Positions 11,101 to 19,532 of a stretch of 64,000 bases of DNA are shown here, piece after piece. The notes below the pieces were generated by a model. It worked only from the letters and a program-made list of their open reading frames with translations. It made no database searches and was not told the DNA's origin. A program made the translations under genes and the position numbers. The first letter of the stretch is position 1; each line of letters starts with the position of its first letter. Source of the DNA: Candidatus Parcubacteria bacterium (lineage in GTDB: Bacteria > Patescibacteriota > Minisyncoccia > UBA6257 > HR35); NCBI GenBank assembly GCA_026004495.1, contig BPJG01000001.1, positions 350,858 to 414,857 of the forward strand, read 5' to 3'.

Positions 11101-12640
11101 TTATTATGGTATTATTAGTGGTATTAATTGCTGCAAAAAATATTCTATCTTGGTTATTAATTTTTGTAAATGGTCCAGCTATGTATAAATAATTATTATT
11201 AGGGTTATAAAGAAGAACATCAACTGGGTTATTTGGTTCAATATTAAAATTAGTAATTAAGTTTAAATTTCTATCAAAGGCAGCCAAATATTTTTTATAA
11301 ACTCCATTATAGGAATAAAATCTCCCACCAATAAATAAATTACCATTATTATCTAATTTCAAAACATTAACTCTATCGCTTAGTTTTAAATCAGAAATAG
11401 AGGTTATTAAATTTCCAGAGGTTGCATTGATAGCTCTGAAATAATACCTATCACTTGCACTTGTGGCATTAAATGATCCACTAACATATAAGATTCCATT
11501 ATTTTTGTTTAAAGCTAAAGATAGAACTGAATCAACATCAGAATTGTCTCGATTTAGCGAAGAAGAAAATGTATTTATCATCGAACCATTTATAGCATTA
11601 AGGGCAGCAACATAAACAGAAGGAGTAGCAAACCTTCCGCCTATATATAAATAATCATCATTAGGGTTATTAGGGGTATTAAAGTCATTATATTCTAAAG
11701 CCAAAACAACATAATCTAATGAATTGCCAGCTGGATTAAAGCCAGTTATTATACTACCATTTGTTGAAGAAACAGCAGCTAAATATCTTTTAGGTGAAGT
11801 AAAATAACCTCCTACATATAATATATTAGAATCAGGAGATAATAAAATAGTCCAAATGACATCATTAAATGAATTATTGGAATTAAAACTTTCATTTACT
11901 GTTGAGGTTGAATTAGTTGAAAAATTTATAGCAGCTAAAAATTTTTTATTGGAAATAATATTGGTTAAATTATTTTTTATCCAGATAAATTGTCCTCCAA
12001 GATATAAAGTATTAGTATTAGGATGAACTGCTAAAGAAAATACGTAGTCCTCTAGTTCAAAATTAAAGGTATTAACTAAGCGGGGATTATTTAAATCAGA
12101 AATATCAATAGCTGATAAATACTTTCTTGTTAAATTATTTACTGACTGGAATGCTCCTCCAATAAAAAGAATATTATTTTTTAAAGCTAAAGCGTAAACA
12201 GTATCATCAATATTTAAGTTAAAATTACAATTTACTCTTCCTGATTGATCTATATAGGCTAATTTTCTTACCTCACAATTACCTACTTTGAAAAAATCAC
12301 CACCAATAAACCAACCATTGTTATATGGTATAGCTGTCCAAACAGAACCTTCTATTTTATCAATTAAATCAAAAGTTGTATTCTGAGATGTTCTTAAAAT
12401 AAATCCATTTCCCCTATAAGGACCTAAATAAGTAAAATTACCTCCTATATAAACTTTATCATTAGCAACTTCAATAGTATTTATTGAACCGTTAGGCACC
12501 CAATTTAAATTAAACTTTTGAGAAGTTAAATTAGCCCAAGTTAAATTAAATAAAAATATATTAAATAAAAAGAAAATAAAAATCATTATAAAAAACTTCG
12601 TTAAATTTTTTAATTTATTTAAAAATTTTTTTAATTTCAT
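8138..12640 (-). CDS. Giant cell-wall-anchored surface protein: signal peptide, beta-propeller (delta-60-like) repeats, 5 x 110-aa tandem Ig-like repeats, Gly/Ser linker, C-terminal peptidoglycan-binding domain
   Basis: 1500 aa. The N-terminal signal is MKLKKFLNKLKNLTKFFIMIFIFFLF. About 12 recurrences of LY[IV]GG[xF]F over residues 60-700 (LYLGGQF, LYVGGYF, LYIGGRF, LFIGGRF and others) indicate beta-propeller blades. Five perfect 110-aa repeats follow (GVSVNPTSITVTEGGEGSSYNLRL...VTAVNDSIAEGNHTVVISHSA...), then a poly-Gly/Ser linker. The C-terminal ~90 aa match the PG_binding_1 pattern (IKYLQIILN...TGPGS...TKYNIRTINSVKKFQ...TGIMGVNTIKEF). Confidence 0.8.
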   Translation of the reverse strand: MKLKKFLNKLKNLTKFFIMIFIFFLFNIFLFNLTWANLTSQKFNLNWVPNGSINTIEVANDKVYIGGNFTYLGPYRGNGFILRTSQNTTFDLIDKIEGSVWTAIPYNNGWFIGGDFFKVGNCEVRKLAYIDQSGRVNCNFNLNIDDTVYALALKNNILFIGGAFQSVNNLTRKYLSAIDISDLNNPRLVNTFNFELEDYVFSLAVHPNTNTLYLGGQFIWIKNNLTNIISNKKFLAAINFSTNSTSTVNESFNSNNSFNDVIWTILLSPDSNILYVGGYFTSPKRYLAAVSSTNGSIITGFNPAGNSLDYVVLALEYNDFNTPNNPNDDYLYIGGRFATPSVYVAALNAINGSMINTFSSSLNRDNSDVDSVLSLALNKNNGILYVSGSFNATSASDRYYFRAINATSGNLITSISDLKLSDRVNVLKLDNNGNLFIGGRFYSYNGVYKKYLAAFDRNLNLITNFNIEPNNPVDVLLYNPNNNYLYIAGPFTKINNQDRIFFAAINTTNNTIINDFNYTFSTTTGDFISALTLDKINNKLFLCGYFSKINNENKYKYVAKINASSGTLDNNFINGNSGIVNDVVNDCVIDESTGVLYIGGRFNRVLNQNVSYLASIGATSSPILLAQSNINDLVNTISIDPEDNLLFVGGKFNKYLATLNKNNLSPVNLNYMEYPNLPVIKIKNDSQNNILFVSGFFDELYTRGQLGFLIATYTPSEINFTYDAIFPDFNIYSIAFSTSSRKLYLGGNFESISYGSINNYDFSNKNLVFFDYNPTGISNNPGVSVNPTSITVTEGGEGSSYNLRLTSAPTSNVIIRLTYNSSQIQTNTSTLVFTPTNWNINQTINVTAVNDSIAEGNHTVVISHSASSTDNNYNNIQISNVNVNIVDNDSNGVSVNPTSITVTEGGEGSSYNLRLTSAPTSNVIIRLTYNSSQIQTNTSTLVFTPTNWNINQTINVTAVNDSIAEGNHTVVISHSASSTDNNYNNIQISNVNVNIVDNDSNGVSVNPTSITVTEGGEGSSYNLRLTSAPTSNVIIRLTYNSSQIQTNTSTLVFTPTNWNINQTINVTAVNDSIAEGNHTVVISHSASSTDNNYNNIQISNVNVNIVDNDSNGVSVNPTSITVTEGGEGSSYNLRLTSAPTSNVIIRLTYNSSQIQTNTSTLVFTPTNWNINQTINVTAVNDSIAEGNHTVVISHSASSTDNNYNNIQISNVNVNIVDNDSSGVSVNPTSITVTEGGEGSSYNLRLTSAPTSNVIIRLTYNSSQIQTNTSTLVFTPTNWNINQTINVTAVNDSIAEGNHSVVISHSASSTDNNYNNIQISNVNVNIVDNDSSSSGGGGGGSSGGGGGSGGDGEDGETANQEQNNLLLLLNLLAQNLQTTTSSEEFEKTQEDNICIKYKDFDFDYIKSKIPSNFRFPLKKIRPGITNNNIKYLQIILNSNNKTLIAKTGPGSKNKEITKYNIRTINSVKKFQRLYLKVKKPTGIMGVNTIKEFNKILDCTFE
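8648..10297 (-). repeat. Five head-to-tail tandem repeats of 330 bp inside the giant surface-protein gene
   Basis: The 10-mer tcaacaatat recurs at 8661, 8991, 9321, 9651 and 9981 within long identical blocks, giving an exact period of 330 bp. Copies differ at only a few positions (for example ccact versus ccatt). Confidence 0.9.
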
Positions 12641-13610
12641 TCCAAATTTCTTTTTTTAATTTATTATCTTGCTTTAATTGTTCTCGAGCTGATTGAAAAC
12701 TGCTACCTAATTTTATATCTCCAAAAAATAAACTTGTGCCAACCCTTTTTATTATTCCACATTTTTCTGCTAAATTCAATAAATCAGCTTCATAAGATAT
12801 ACCCTCGCCATAATATATTTCAATTTCAGCTGTCTTAAATGGTGGTGCCACTTTATTTTTTACTATCCTTGCTTTTACCTTTATACCTATAATTTCATCA
12901 GCTCTTTTAATTTGGCCTATTTTTTTTAATTCAATTCTAACAGAAGAATAAAATTTTAAAGCTTTTCCTCCAGGAGTTGTTTCTTGAGCTCCAATGATTG
13001 CTCCTATTTGAGCTCTAGTTTGATTAAGAAATATTAAAATTGTCTTTGTTTTTGATATTAAGGCAGTTAATTTTCTTAAAGCTTGCGATAATAATCTTGC
13101 CTGTAAACCAATAAAATGATCACCAATTTCTCCCTCTAATTCAGCCTTAGGAGCTAAAGCAGCAACTGAATCAACGACAATTACATCAAATAATCCAGAT
13201 TTTACTAATTTCTCAACTAAATTTAAGGCATCCTCGCCCGAATCAGGTTGAGAAATAACTATTTTTTTGATATCAACGCCAATTCTTTTAGCATATTCAG
13301 GATCCAAAGCATGTTCAACATCAATAAAAGCAACATTACCTCCATTTTTTTGAGCTTCGGCTATTGTTTCTAATGCTAAAGTTGATTTTCCGCTTGATTC
13401 AGGGCCAAAGATTTCTATAATTCTACCTCGAGGTAAACCACCAACTCCTAAAACTAAATCTAACGAAGGAGATCCGGTTGAAATTGTTTCTACATTAACC
13501 TTAGGCACTGATTCTAAGGTCATTACAGTTCCTTCACCAAATTCTTTTTGTAATTCTTGAATTAAATTTTCTAAATTATTAGATTTCGTTTCACTTTTTT
13601 TCTTATTCAT
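12615..13610 (-). CDS. recA: Recombinase RecA
   Basis: 331 aa with Walker A GPESSGKST and the RecA L1/L2 loop regions. A strongly conserved RecA core is present, for example ALDPEYAKRIGVDI. Confidence 0.95.
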   Translation of the reverse strand: MNKKKSETKSNNLENLIQELQKEFGEGTVMTLESVPKVNVETISTGSPSLDLVLGVGGLPRGRIIEIFGPESSGKSTLALETIAEAQKNGGNVAFIDVEHALDPEYAKRIGVDIKKIVISQPDSGEDALNLVEKLVKSGLFDVIVVDSVAALAPKAELEGEIGDHFIGLQARLLSQALRKLTALISKTKTILIFLNQTRAQIGAIIGAQETTPGGKALKFYSSVRIELKKIGQIKRADEIIGIKVKARIVKNKVAPPFKTAEIEIYYGEGISYEADLLNLAEKCGIIKRVGTSLFFGDIKLGSSFQSAREQLKQDNKLKKEIWNEIKKIFK

Positions 13611-13651
13611 TTAAAAAATTTTAAAGTAAATTAATTAAAGTTTCAAAAATT

Positions 13652-14068
13652 TTAAAATTTGATATCCCAAATATCTGTTTCTTGGCTGAATGAATTTTCA
13701 AAATCTGTTAATTCTTCATTAACATATTCATCGTCAGCAATATTTTTAGGGCCAAAAATTATATTTTCAGCAATTATTTCTGTTATCGATTTTTTTTGCC
13801 CATCTGGAGTTAACCAGTTGCGATAATGAATTCTACCTTCAACAAAAATTAATCTTCCTTTATTTAAAAAATTTTTACATGTTTCAGCCAATTTTCCCCA
13901 GACAATAATTCGATGAAATTCTGTTTCTTTTATATTTTGATTATTTTTATCTTTATAAATACGATTAGTGGCGATGTTTAAGATAGCTATTTGAGTTCCA
14001 TTGTTAGTAATTTTAAAATCTATCTCTTGAACTAATCTTCCTATTAAAAATACTTTGTTAAGGTTCAT
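13652..14068 (-). CDS. ssb: Single-stranded DNA-binding protein
   Basis: 138 aa with an OB-fold core (MNLNKVFLIGRL...FHRIIVWGKLAE...GRLIFVEGR) and an acidic C-terminal tail ending DIWDIKF. It is in the conserved rpsF-ssb neighbourhood. Confidence 0.85.
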   Translation of the reverse strand: MNLNKVFLIGRLVQEIDFKITNNGTQIAILNIATNRIYKDKNNQNIKETEFHRIIVWGKLAETCKNFLNKGRLIFVEGRIHYRNWLTPDGQKKSITEIIAENIIFGPKNIADDEYVNEELTDFENSFSQETDIWDIKF

Positions 14069-14095
14069 AAAAAATTTAATTAAATTTAAAATTTT

Positions 14096-14407
14096 TTAAT
14101 TGTTTATCTCGGTTAATTTTTCTTTTAAAGGAACAGATTTTCTTTTGATAATTAAAAATCTTAAAATTCTTGAAATATTTTTTAATTCTTTGTTTATTTT
14201 TTCTAAATTCTCGTTTTTTTCCAATTTAAAAACTAAATAGCCAAAATAGCCTAAGGTTTGTTTTTTAATTGAATAGCTTAAATTTCTTTTTTTGGGACTC
14301 TCTTCTAAAATTATCTCTGCTTCATATTTAGTTAAGATTTTCTTTATTTTTTCTAATTCTTCTTCTAATTTACTTTCAATATTTAACCAATAACCAAGTT
14401 CATACAT
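14096..14407 (-). CDS. rpsF: 30S ribosomal protein S6
   Basis: 103 aa. The S6 family pattern is present (YE...RNLSYSIKKQTLGYFGYLVF corresponds to the R.LAYPI.K...Y segment). It is immediately upstream of ssb, as in most bacteria. Confidence 0.7.
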   Translation of the reverse strand: MYELGYWLNIESKLEEELEKIKKILTKYEAEIILEESPKKRNLSYSIKKQTLGYFGYLVFKLEKNENLEKINKELKNISRILRFLIIKRKSVPLKEKLTEINN

Positions 14408-14454
14408 TTTTTTAAAAAATAGTTATTTAAATAATTGATGTTTTTTTAACAATA

Positions 14455-14570
14455 GCCTTGCGGTACCTACTCTCGCGCCTAAATTGGCACTACCATCGGC
14501 ACTTAGCCGTTTCACTTGCCTGTTCGGAATGGAAAGGAGTGGTTCCAGCTAAGTTATGCAACCACAAGGC
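14455..14570 (-). rRNA. rrf: 5S ribosomal RNA
   Basis: The reverse complement reads GCCTTGTGG...CCGAACAGGCAAGTGAAACGGCTAAGTGCCGATGGTAGTG...GCGAGAGTAGGTACCGCAAGGC. Universal 5S loop motifs (CCGAAC, GTGAAAC, CCGATGGTAGTG, GAGAGTAGG) are present and the helix I termini pair. Length is about 116 nt. Confidence 0.85.
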
Positions 14571-14586
14571 AATATAGATTATATAC

Positions 14587-15009
14587 TTAAAATAATTTTT
14601 TTTCAAATAAAACTGATTTTACTAATTTATCTGCCCGACTATTCTCTTCTCTAGGAATAATTTTTATTTCCAAAAGGGGAAATTCTATTTTTAGGTTCCA
14701 GAAGTTAATAAATAATTTTTGTAGATTTTCTTCTTTGATTTTATATTTTCCTAAAAGCTGATTACCAATTAATTCACTATCTAAATGAATTATAATTTTG
14801 GAATTTTTTATTTTGTTTTTACCTAAAAGATGTTTTATTTTTTTTAAGGCATAAATTACTGCTAAATATTCAGCTTCATTATTAGTTATTTTATCTATCC
14901 TGGCTTTATATGATTTTATTTTACCGTCAATTAGGATTACAATACCAATAGCACCAATATTTTTTTCGTTAATAACCCCACCATCTGTCCAAACTTTTAT
15001 CTCTTCCAT
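14587..15009 (-). CDS. rnhA: Ribonuclease HI
   Basis: 140 aa. The DEDD catalytic residues fall in the expected contexts: TDGG, NNEAEY, HLDSEL and SRADKL. Confidence 0.7.
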   Translation of the reverse strand: MEEIKVWTDGGVINEKNIGAIGIVILIDGKIKSYKARIDKITNNEAEYLAVIYALKKIKHLLGKNKIKNSKIIIHLDSELIGNQLLGKYKIKEENLQKLFINFWNLKIEFPLLEIKIIPREENSRADKLVKSVLFEKKLF

Positions 15010-15011
15010 TT

Positions 15012-15659
15012 TTATTTCTTAATAAATTTTTTTAGAGGACAATTTTTATGTTTACAATTAGCAGGGCAATATTTTCTACCATATTCTATTAATTTATATG
15101 GTAAATCACCCCACCTATTTTTAGGAATTATTTTAATTAAATCCTGTTCAATTTTATCTGGGTTAGAATTTCTAGTTAAGCCAAATAATCTACTTAATCT
15201 TCTGATGTGGGTATCAACTGGAAAGCCTTCTGTTTTTTTATAAACTTGCCATAAGATAATATTTGCACTTTTTCTACCTATTCCAGGTAATTTAGTTAAT
15301 TCATTAATGTCTTCTGGTATTTTGCCATTATATCTTTCATTAATAATTTTAGCTGAGCTTAAAATAAATTTAGCCTTTTGTTTATATAAACCTAAACTGT
15401 TTATATCTTTGGCAAATTCTTTTTCGTTAGCATTAAGGTAATCATCAAATTTTTTATATTTCTTAAATAATTTAGAGGTAACTTGATTAACATTTTCGTC
15501 TTTATTTCTTGCTGATAAAACTACAGCTACAAAAAGCTCCCAAGGATTAGAAAAATTTAAAGCAATTTTTGCTGAAGGAAATAGTTTATCGATAATCTTT
15601 ATTATTTTGTTTACTTTTATTTTTAGATTAGATTTTAGATTAGAATTATTATTTTTCAT
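15012..15659 (-). CDS. nth: HhH-GPD DNA glycosylase (endonuclease III-like)
   Basis: The helix-hairpin-helix plus Gly/Pro-rich loop followed by Asp (LPGIGRKSANIILWQ...VDTHIRRL) is the Nth signature. The C-terminus has only three clustered Cys (CPANCKHKNC), so a complete 4Fe-4S cluster is uncertain. Confidence 0.6.
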   Translation of the reverse strand: MKNNNSNLKSNLKIKVNKIIKIIDKLFPSAKIALNFSNPWELFVAVVLSARNKDENVNQVTSKLFKKYKKFDDYLNANEKEFAKDINSLGLYKQKAKFILSSAKIINERYNGKIPEDINELTKLPGIGRKSANIILWQVYKKTEGFPVDTHIRRLSRLFGLTRNSNPDKIEQDLIKIIPKNRWGDLPYKLIEYGRKYCPANCKHKNCPLKKFIKK

Positions 15660-15661
15660 AG

Positions 15662-16606
15662 TTATACTTTTTTATATTTTGTTTCAACGCCATAAATTCC
15701 ATCTTTATATTCTATTATTTTATAATCATTAAATAAAATTGGTTCAACCAAAGCTAAACATAAAAAGATTCTAAAAAATAATTCCCTAATTTCTGTTTCA
15801 GCATAATTATTTGCTCTCATTTCAATTGTATGTCTCCAGGCACGGATATTTGCGGTTACTACAATTGGAGCTTCAGTTTCATTAGTAAATATTGCTCTAG
15901 CTGTTTGATTTAATTTTTTTCTCAATTCTGTTTTTAGATGGCTCTCATCATCTGAAGATTGACCTAAAATTTTTAATTTTTCTTGTTCTTTTTTTAAGAT
16001 ATTATTTATTTCTTCATATTCTTCTTTGATTCTATCTATTCTTTTTTCAAATAAATTATGAAGGTATTTATTATCTTGAAACTCTTTTCTTTCAACAAAC
16101 CTAATTAAATTACCTGAAACATATCTTTGACTTTGTTGAGAATAAGCAAAGCCAGCGCGATGTCTAATTAATTCGTGTGTTAAACTTCTTGAAACTCCAT
16201 AAATTAAAAATGAATAATAACTATGTTCTAAAACCGAACCATGACCAGATGATTTGATATTTTCAAAATACCTATTAGCATCTTTATTCCAAGTTCTTTT
16301 AGGTCCAAATGACATATAGCATAATTGAGCAGAGAATTTAATTAGTTGAGTACCAGCGGTTAATTTATCAGGATCACTTAAATAATCTTCAAAATTATTT
16401 TGGTATTCACTTAAAAAATTTTTGGTATTTTCTATTTTTATTTCTGGCTTGGCAATCATTATGACCCCTGGTGATTTTAGATATGGAGTTCCTTTTTTGG
16501 TATAATATACTCTGCTATCAATAAATGTAAAACCATCACTTATTTTACCGCCTATCGATTCAAATATTGTTTTTATTTTTTCCTGATTATTTACTAACAT
16601 TAACAT
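15662..16606 (-). CDS. thyX: Flavin-dependent thymidylate synthase ThyX
   Basis: The ThyX motif RHRxxxxxxxSxRY is present as RHRAGFAYSQQSQRY. Length of 314 aa is typical. Confidence 0.8.
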   Translation of the reverse strand: MLMLVNNQEKIKTIFESIGGKISDGFTFIDSRVYYTKKGTPYLKSPGVIMIAKPEIKIENTKNFLSEYQNNFEDYLSDPDKLTAGTQLIKFSAQLCYMSFGPKRTWNKDANRYFENIKSSGHGSVLEHSYYSFLIYGVSRSLTHELIRHRAGFAYSQQSQRYVSGNLIRFVERKEFQDNKYLHNLFEKRIDRIKEEYEEINNILKKEQEKLKILGQSSDDESHLKTELRKKLNQTARAIFTNETEAPIVVTANIRAWRHTIEMRANNYAETEIRELFFRIFLCLALVEPILFNDYKIIEYKDGIYGVETKYKKV

Positions 16607-16629
16607 AAAATTATAAGATTAAAATTAAG

Positions 16630-17190
16630 ATGTCAAACTTAAGAGACAAAGCAATTAAATTAATAAATCAATATATCAAAAATGAAAATTTAAAAAAACA
16701 TCTTTTAGCTACTGAGGCGTTGATGAAAGCTTTAGCTAATAAATTTGGTGAAAATCAAGAAACTTGGGGATTAGCAGGTCTTTTGCACGATTTAGATTGG
16801 GAGATGACAAAAGATAATCCTGAAAAGCATCCTTTAATTGCGGTTGAAATTTTAGAGAAAGAAAAATTTCCCAAAGAAATAATTGAAGCAATTAGAAAAC
16901 ATAATCATCTTCAAGGTTTAAATCCAGAAACATTATTGGAAAAAGCTTTATATTCTTGCGAAGAAATTACTGGCTTAATTGTAGCTATTGCCTTGGTTAT
17001 GCCAAGTAAAAAATTAGCTGAAGTAACAGTTGAAAAAATAATGTCTAAATTTAAAGAACCTTCATTTGCTCGGGGTGTTAATAGAGATATTATTAAAAAA
17101 TGTGAGGAAATGTTAAATATTTCCGTAGAGGAATTAGCTGAAATTTGCTTAAAGGCAATGCAAGAAATTAGCGATCGGTTGGGATTATAA
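16630..17190 (+). CDS. HD-domain metal-dependent phosphohydrolase
   Basis: 186 aa with an H...HD metal-binding signature (KKHLLATEAL...LLHDLDWE). Confidence 0.6.
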   Translation: MSNLRDKAIKLINQYIKNENLKKHLLATEALMKALANKFGENQETWGLAGLLHDLDWEMTKDNPEKHPLIAVEILEKEKFPKEIIEAIRKHNHLQGLNPETLLEKALYSCEEITGLIVAIALVMPSKKLAEVTVEKIMSKFKEPSFARGVNRDIIKKCEEMLNISVEELAEICLKAMQEISDRLGL

Positions 17191-17295
17191 TCTCTTATTA
17201 TAATATATTATTTTATTAATAATTCACATTTTAAATTGACAATATTTTTTTAATTTTTTATAATTTTTTTAATTAATTAAAATTCTTTAATAAAA

Positions 17296-18744
17296 ATGAC
17301 CAAAAATATTTTTATAACAATACTATTTATTTTTCTTTATATTTCTTCTATTTATGCTCAGAATCAAATTCCTATGTGTGCTGCCCCAAATCATCTTATT
17401 ATTTGGCCGAATATGTCGACTTATACCATTCCAATGGCTAAAAATAATATTGGTGAATTAATGGATTCATATTTAACTTATTCAACAGATTCAGTATATT
17501 ATAATGGGCAATTTAAAGAACAAATAGGAATATTTAGTTTTTTTAGGTCGGCAGTTAGAATTTATGGCGGATTAGGGCAAGATAGAAATCGACCTAATCC
17601 TAATAATAACTATAAAACTAATTGGAGTAATGTTGCTGACTTTTATTTAACCCCTATTTATATTAAAGGACCAAGAAGAAATTGGCATTCAGGAGGTTCA
17701 ATTACCTTTATGGATATTTCAACATCAACCGATAAGAAATATCAAACCTTAATTACATTAACTCAATTTCCTAGTCATGTATATTGGAATCCAGTCGGAG
17801 ATGATAATAGTTTAACAACAACTCCTGATTTTGGCAATTTAAGAATTTATTACTCTGAATTTAATCCAACTAATGCTACCCTTACTGGAAGAACAGGAAC
17901 TATTAGTCCTAACTCATCCAATTATAAATTATTAGCAACCTTTAAATATGATAGTCAAAGAGGAAGTATGCTGGGTATCGGAACAGCAAGCCCTCAAGCT
18001 AATTTATATGTTAATGGTAATATTCTTTCTTCAGCAACTATTACTGCTCCAGGATTTTGTTTAGGTAATAATTGTATTAGTCAATGGCCTTCAGGAGGAA
18101 ATATAGGTAGTGGAACTGCAAATTATCTTCCAATTTGGAAAACTTCAACAACCCTAGGAACTTCAACTATTTATCAAGCAGCAAATGGTAATGTTGGTAT
18201 CGGAACAATAACTCCAACTTCTATTCTTCATCTTTATGGTAACTCAGCTTCTAGAGTGATGAGCATAATTATCCAAGATACTAATAACCCATATCAAAAA
18301 ATTTGGAAATTAGGAAATGATGGTCAACCAGGTAAATTTGGACTTATTGATGGAACAAATTATAGATGGATAGTAGATAGCAATGGTAATGTTGGTATCG
18401 GAACAACAAATCCTCAAGCTAAATTACATGTTAATGGTAATATTATTCTTTCTTCAGAAACTTCGCCTTATTTTGAGATTAATAGAATATCAACAAATAA
18501 CGAATCTGGAATAAGATTTAAGTCAAATAATCAGACTGCTTGGGAAATTGAATTGGCTAGTGGCAGTGGTAATTATTTAGTAATTAGTAAAGCAAATAAT
18601 GAACCTGTTATTGCCTTAGATAATATAGGTAGGGTTCATATAGGAAGTTATGTAAGTGGCGATGGAAAGCTTAATGTTTATGGAACCTCTAAATTCTATT
18701 CTTTTGATGGGCAGAGATTAACTTTAGAAATAAGTGAAGAATAA
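17296..18744 (+). CDS. Secreted protein with internal tail-fibre-like repeats (NVGIGTxxPxAxLHVNGNI)
   Basis: 482 aa with an N-terminal signal peptide (ILFIFLYISSIYAQN). The motif recurs at least three times (GIGTASPQANLYVNGNIL, NVGIGTITPTSILHLYGN, NVGIGTTNPQAKLHVNGNII). Confidence 0.55.
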   Translation: MTKNIFITILFIFLYISSIYAQNQIPMCAAPNHLIIWPNMSTYTIPMAKNNIGELMDSYLTYSTDSVYYNGQFKEQIGIFSFFRSAVRIYGGLGQDRNRPNPNNNYKTNWSNVADFYLTPIYIKGPRRNWHSGGSITFMDISTSTDKKYQTLITLTQFPSHVYWNPVGDDNSLTTTPDFGNLRIYYSEFNPTNATLTGRTGTISPNSSNYKLLATFKYDSQRGSMLGIGTASPQANLYVNGNILSSATITAPGFCLGNNCISQWPSGGNIGSGTANYLPIWKTSTTLGTSTIYQAANGNVGIGTITPTSILHLYGNSASRVMSIIIQDTNNPYQKIWKLGNDGQPGKFGLIDGTNYRWIVDSNGNVGIGTTNPQAKLHVNGNIILSSETSPYFEINRISTNNESGIRFKSNNQTAWEIELASGSGNYLVISKANNEPVIALDNIGRVHIGSYVSGDGKLNVYGTSKFYSFDGQRLTLEISEE

Positions 18745-18746
18745 AT

Positions 18747-19454
18747 ATGAATCATAGGTATAAAAATATTTTAAAATTTACATTCATTATTATTTTATTA
18801 AGTTTATTTTTCTTTGTATCAAATTATTTATATTCTCAAGTTCAAAGAGAAGCTACTGTTTTTAGAACTCAAAATAGAGGATTTAATTTTTATACAGGGA
18901 ATGATCCTATACTAAAAATTTCTCGAAATAACTTTATTTTTTATTGGGGCAGAGATTCTCTTCCTTTATTACGATTAAACGATGTTAGATTGTTTTCGCT
19001 TATTGGCTTTGTTTATATACCAACTGTTGGGTTTGAAAATGGAAGATTAACACCTAGATGTCCTTGTGATATAAATGACTTAGTTAGAGATTGTCCTGTG
19101 CCTTATATTTCAAATTATAGAGTCTCAAACACCTGTTTTGATCAATATTATCAAATTTATAATTCTGAATATCGATCAGTAAGGTATAATTTAGAAAGAG
19201 TGGCTGACTGGGATAGATTTCAATTTGCTGTTGATAATGGTGTGGTAAGGATAAATGGTGATCTTGATGTTGAATATAATCAAAATAATAGTTGTGTAAA
19301 TGTACCATCAAATGAATTTAGGGATATTGAAGGTTCTCATAATCAAGGAGAAACCATTTGCCCGGATGGATATTTTATGAAGGGAATTAGATTTCAAAAT
19401 GGAAGAAGACAAGATGCATTAGATCTGTGGCAAATAATATGTTGCAAGCTATAA
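18747..19454 (+). CDS. Cys-rich membrane-anchored or secreted hypothetical protein
   Basis: 235 aa with an N-terminal TM/signal segment and at least 9 Cys including a terminal ICCKL. It immediately follows and is probably co-transcribed with the repeat protein. Confidence 0.45.
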   Translation: MNHRYKNILKFTFIIILLSLFFFVSNYLYSQVQREATVFRTQNRGFNFYTGNDPILKISRNNFIFYWGRDSLPLLRLNDVRLFSLIGFVYIPTVGFENGRLTPRCPCDINDLVRDCPVPYISNYRVSNTCFDQYYQIYNSEYRSVRYNLERVADWDRFQFAVDNGVVRINGDLDVEYNQNNSCVNVPSNEFRDIEGSHNQGETICPDGYFMKGIRFQNGRRQDALDLWQIICCKL

Positions 19455-19532
19455 GAATTGAAATATTAAAAAATTTTTTTTACGACACTGTTAGACCCAC
19501 GTTTAAATAAATTAAAATTAAATAAAGTAAGA

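Noticed and set aside
19084-19311. 75-aa minus-strand ORF
   Set aside because: It is antisense within the 18747-19454 Cys-rich protein gene. It has no supporting motifs and His/Gln-rich junk composition.
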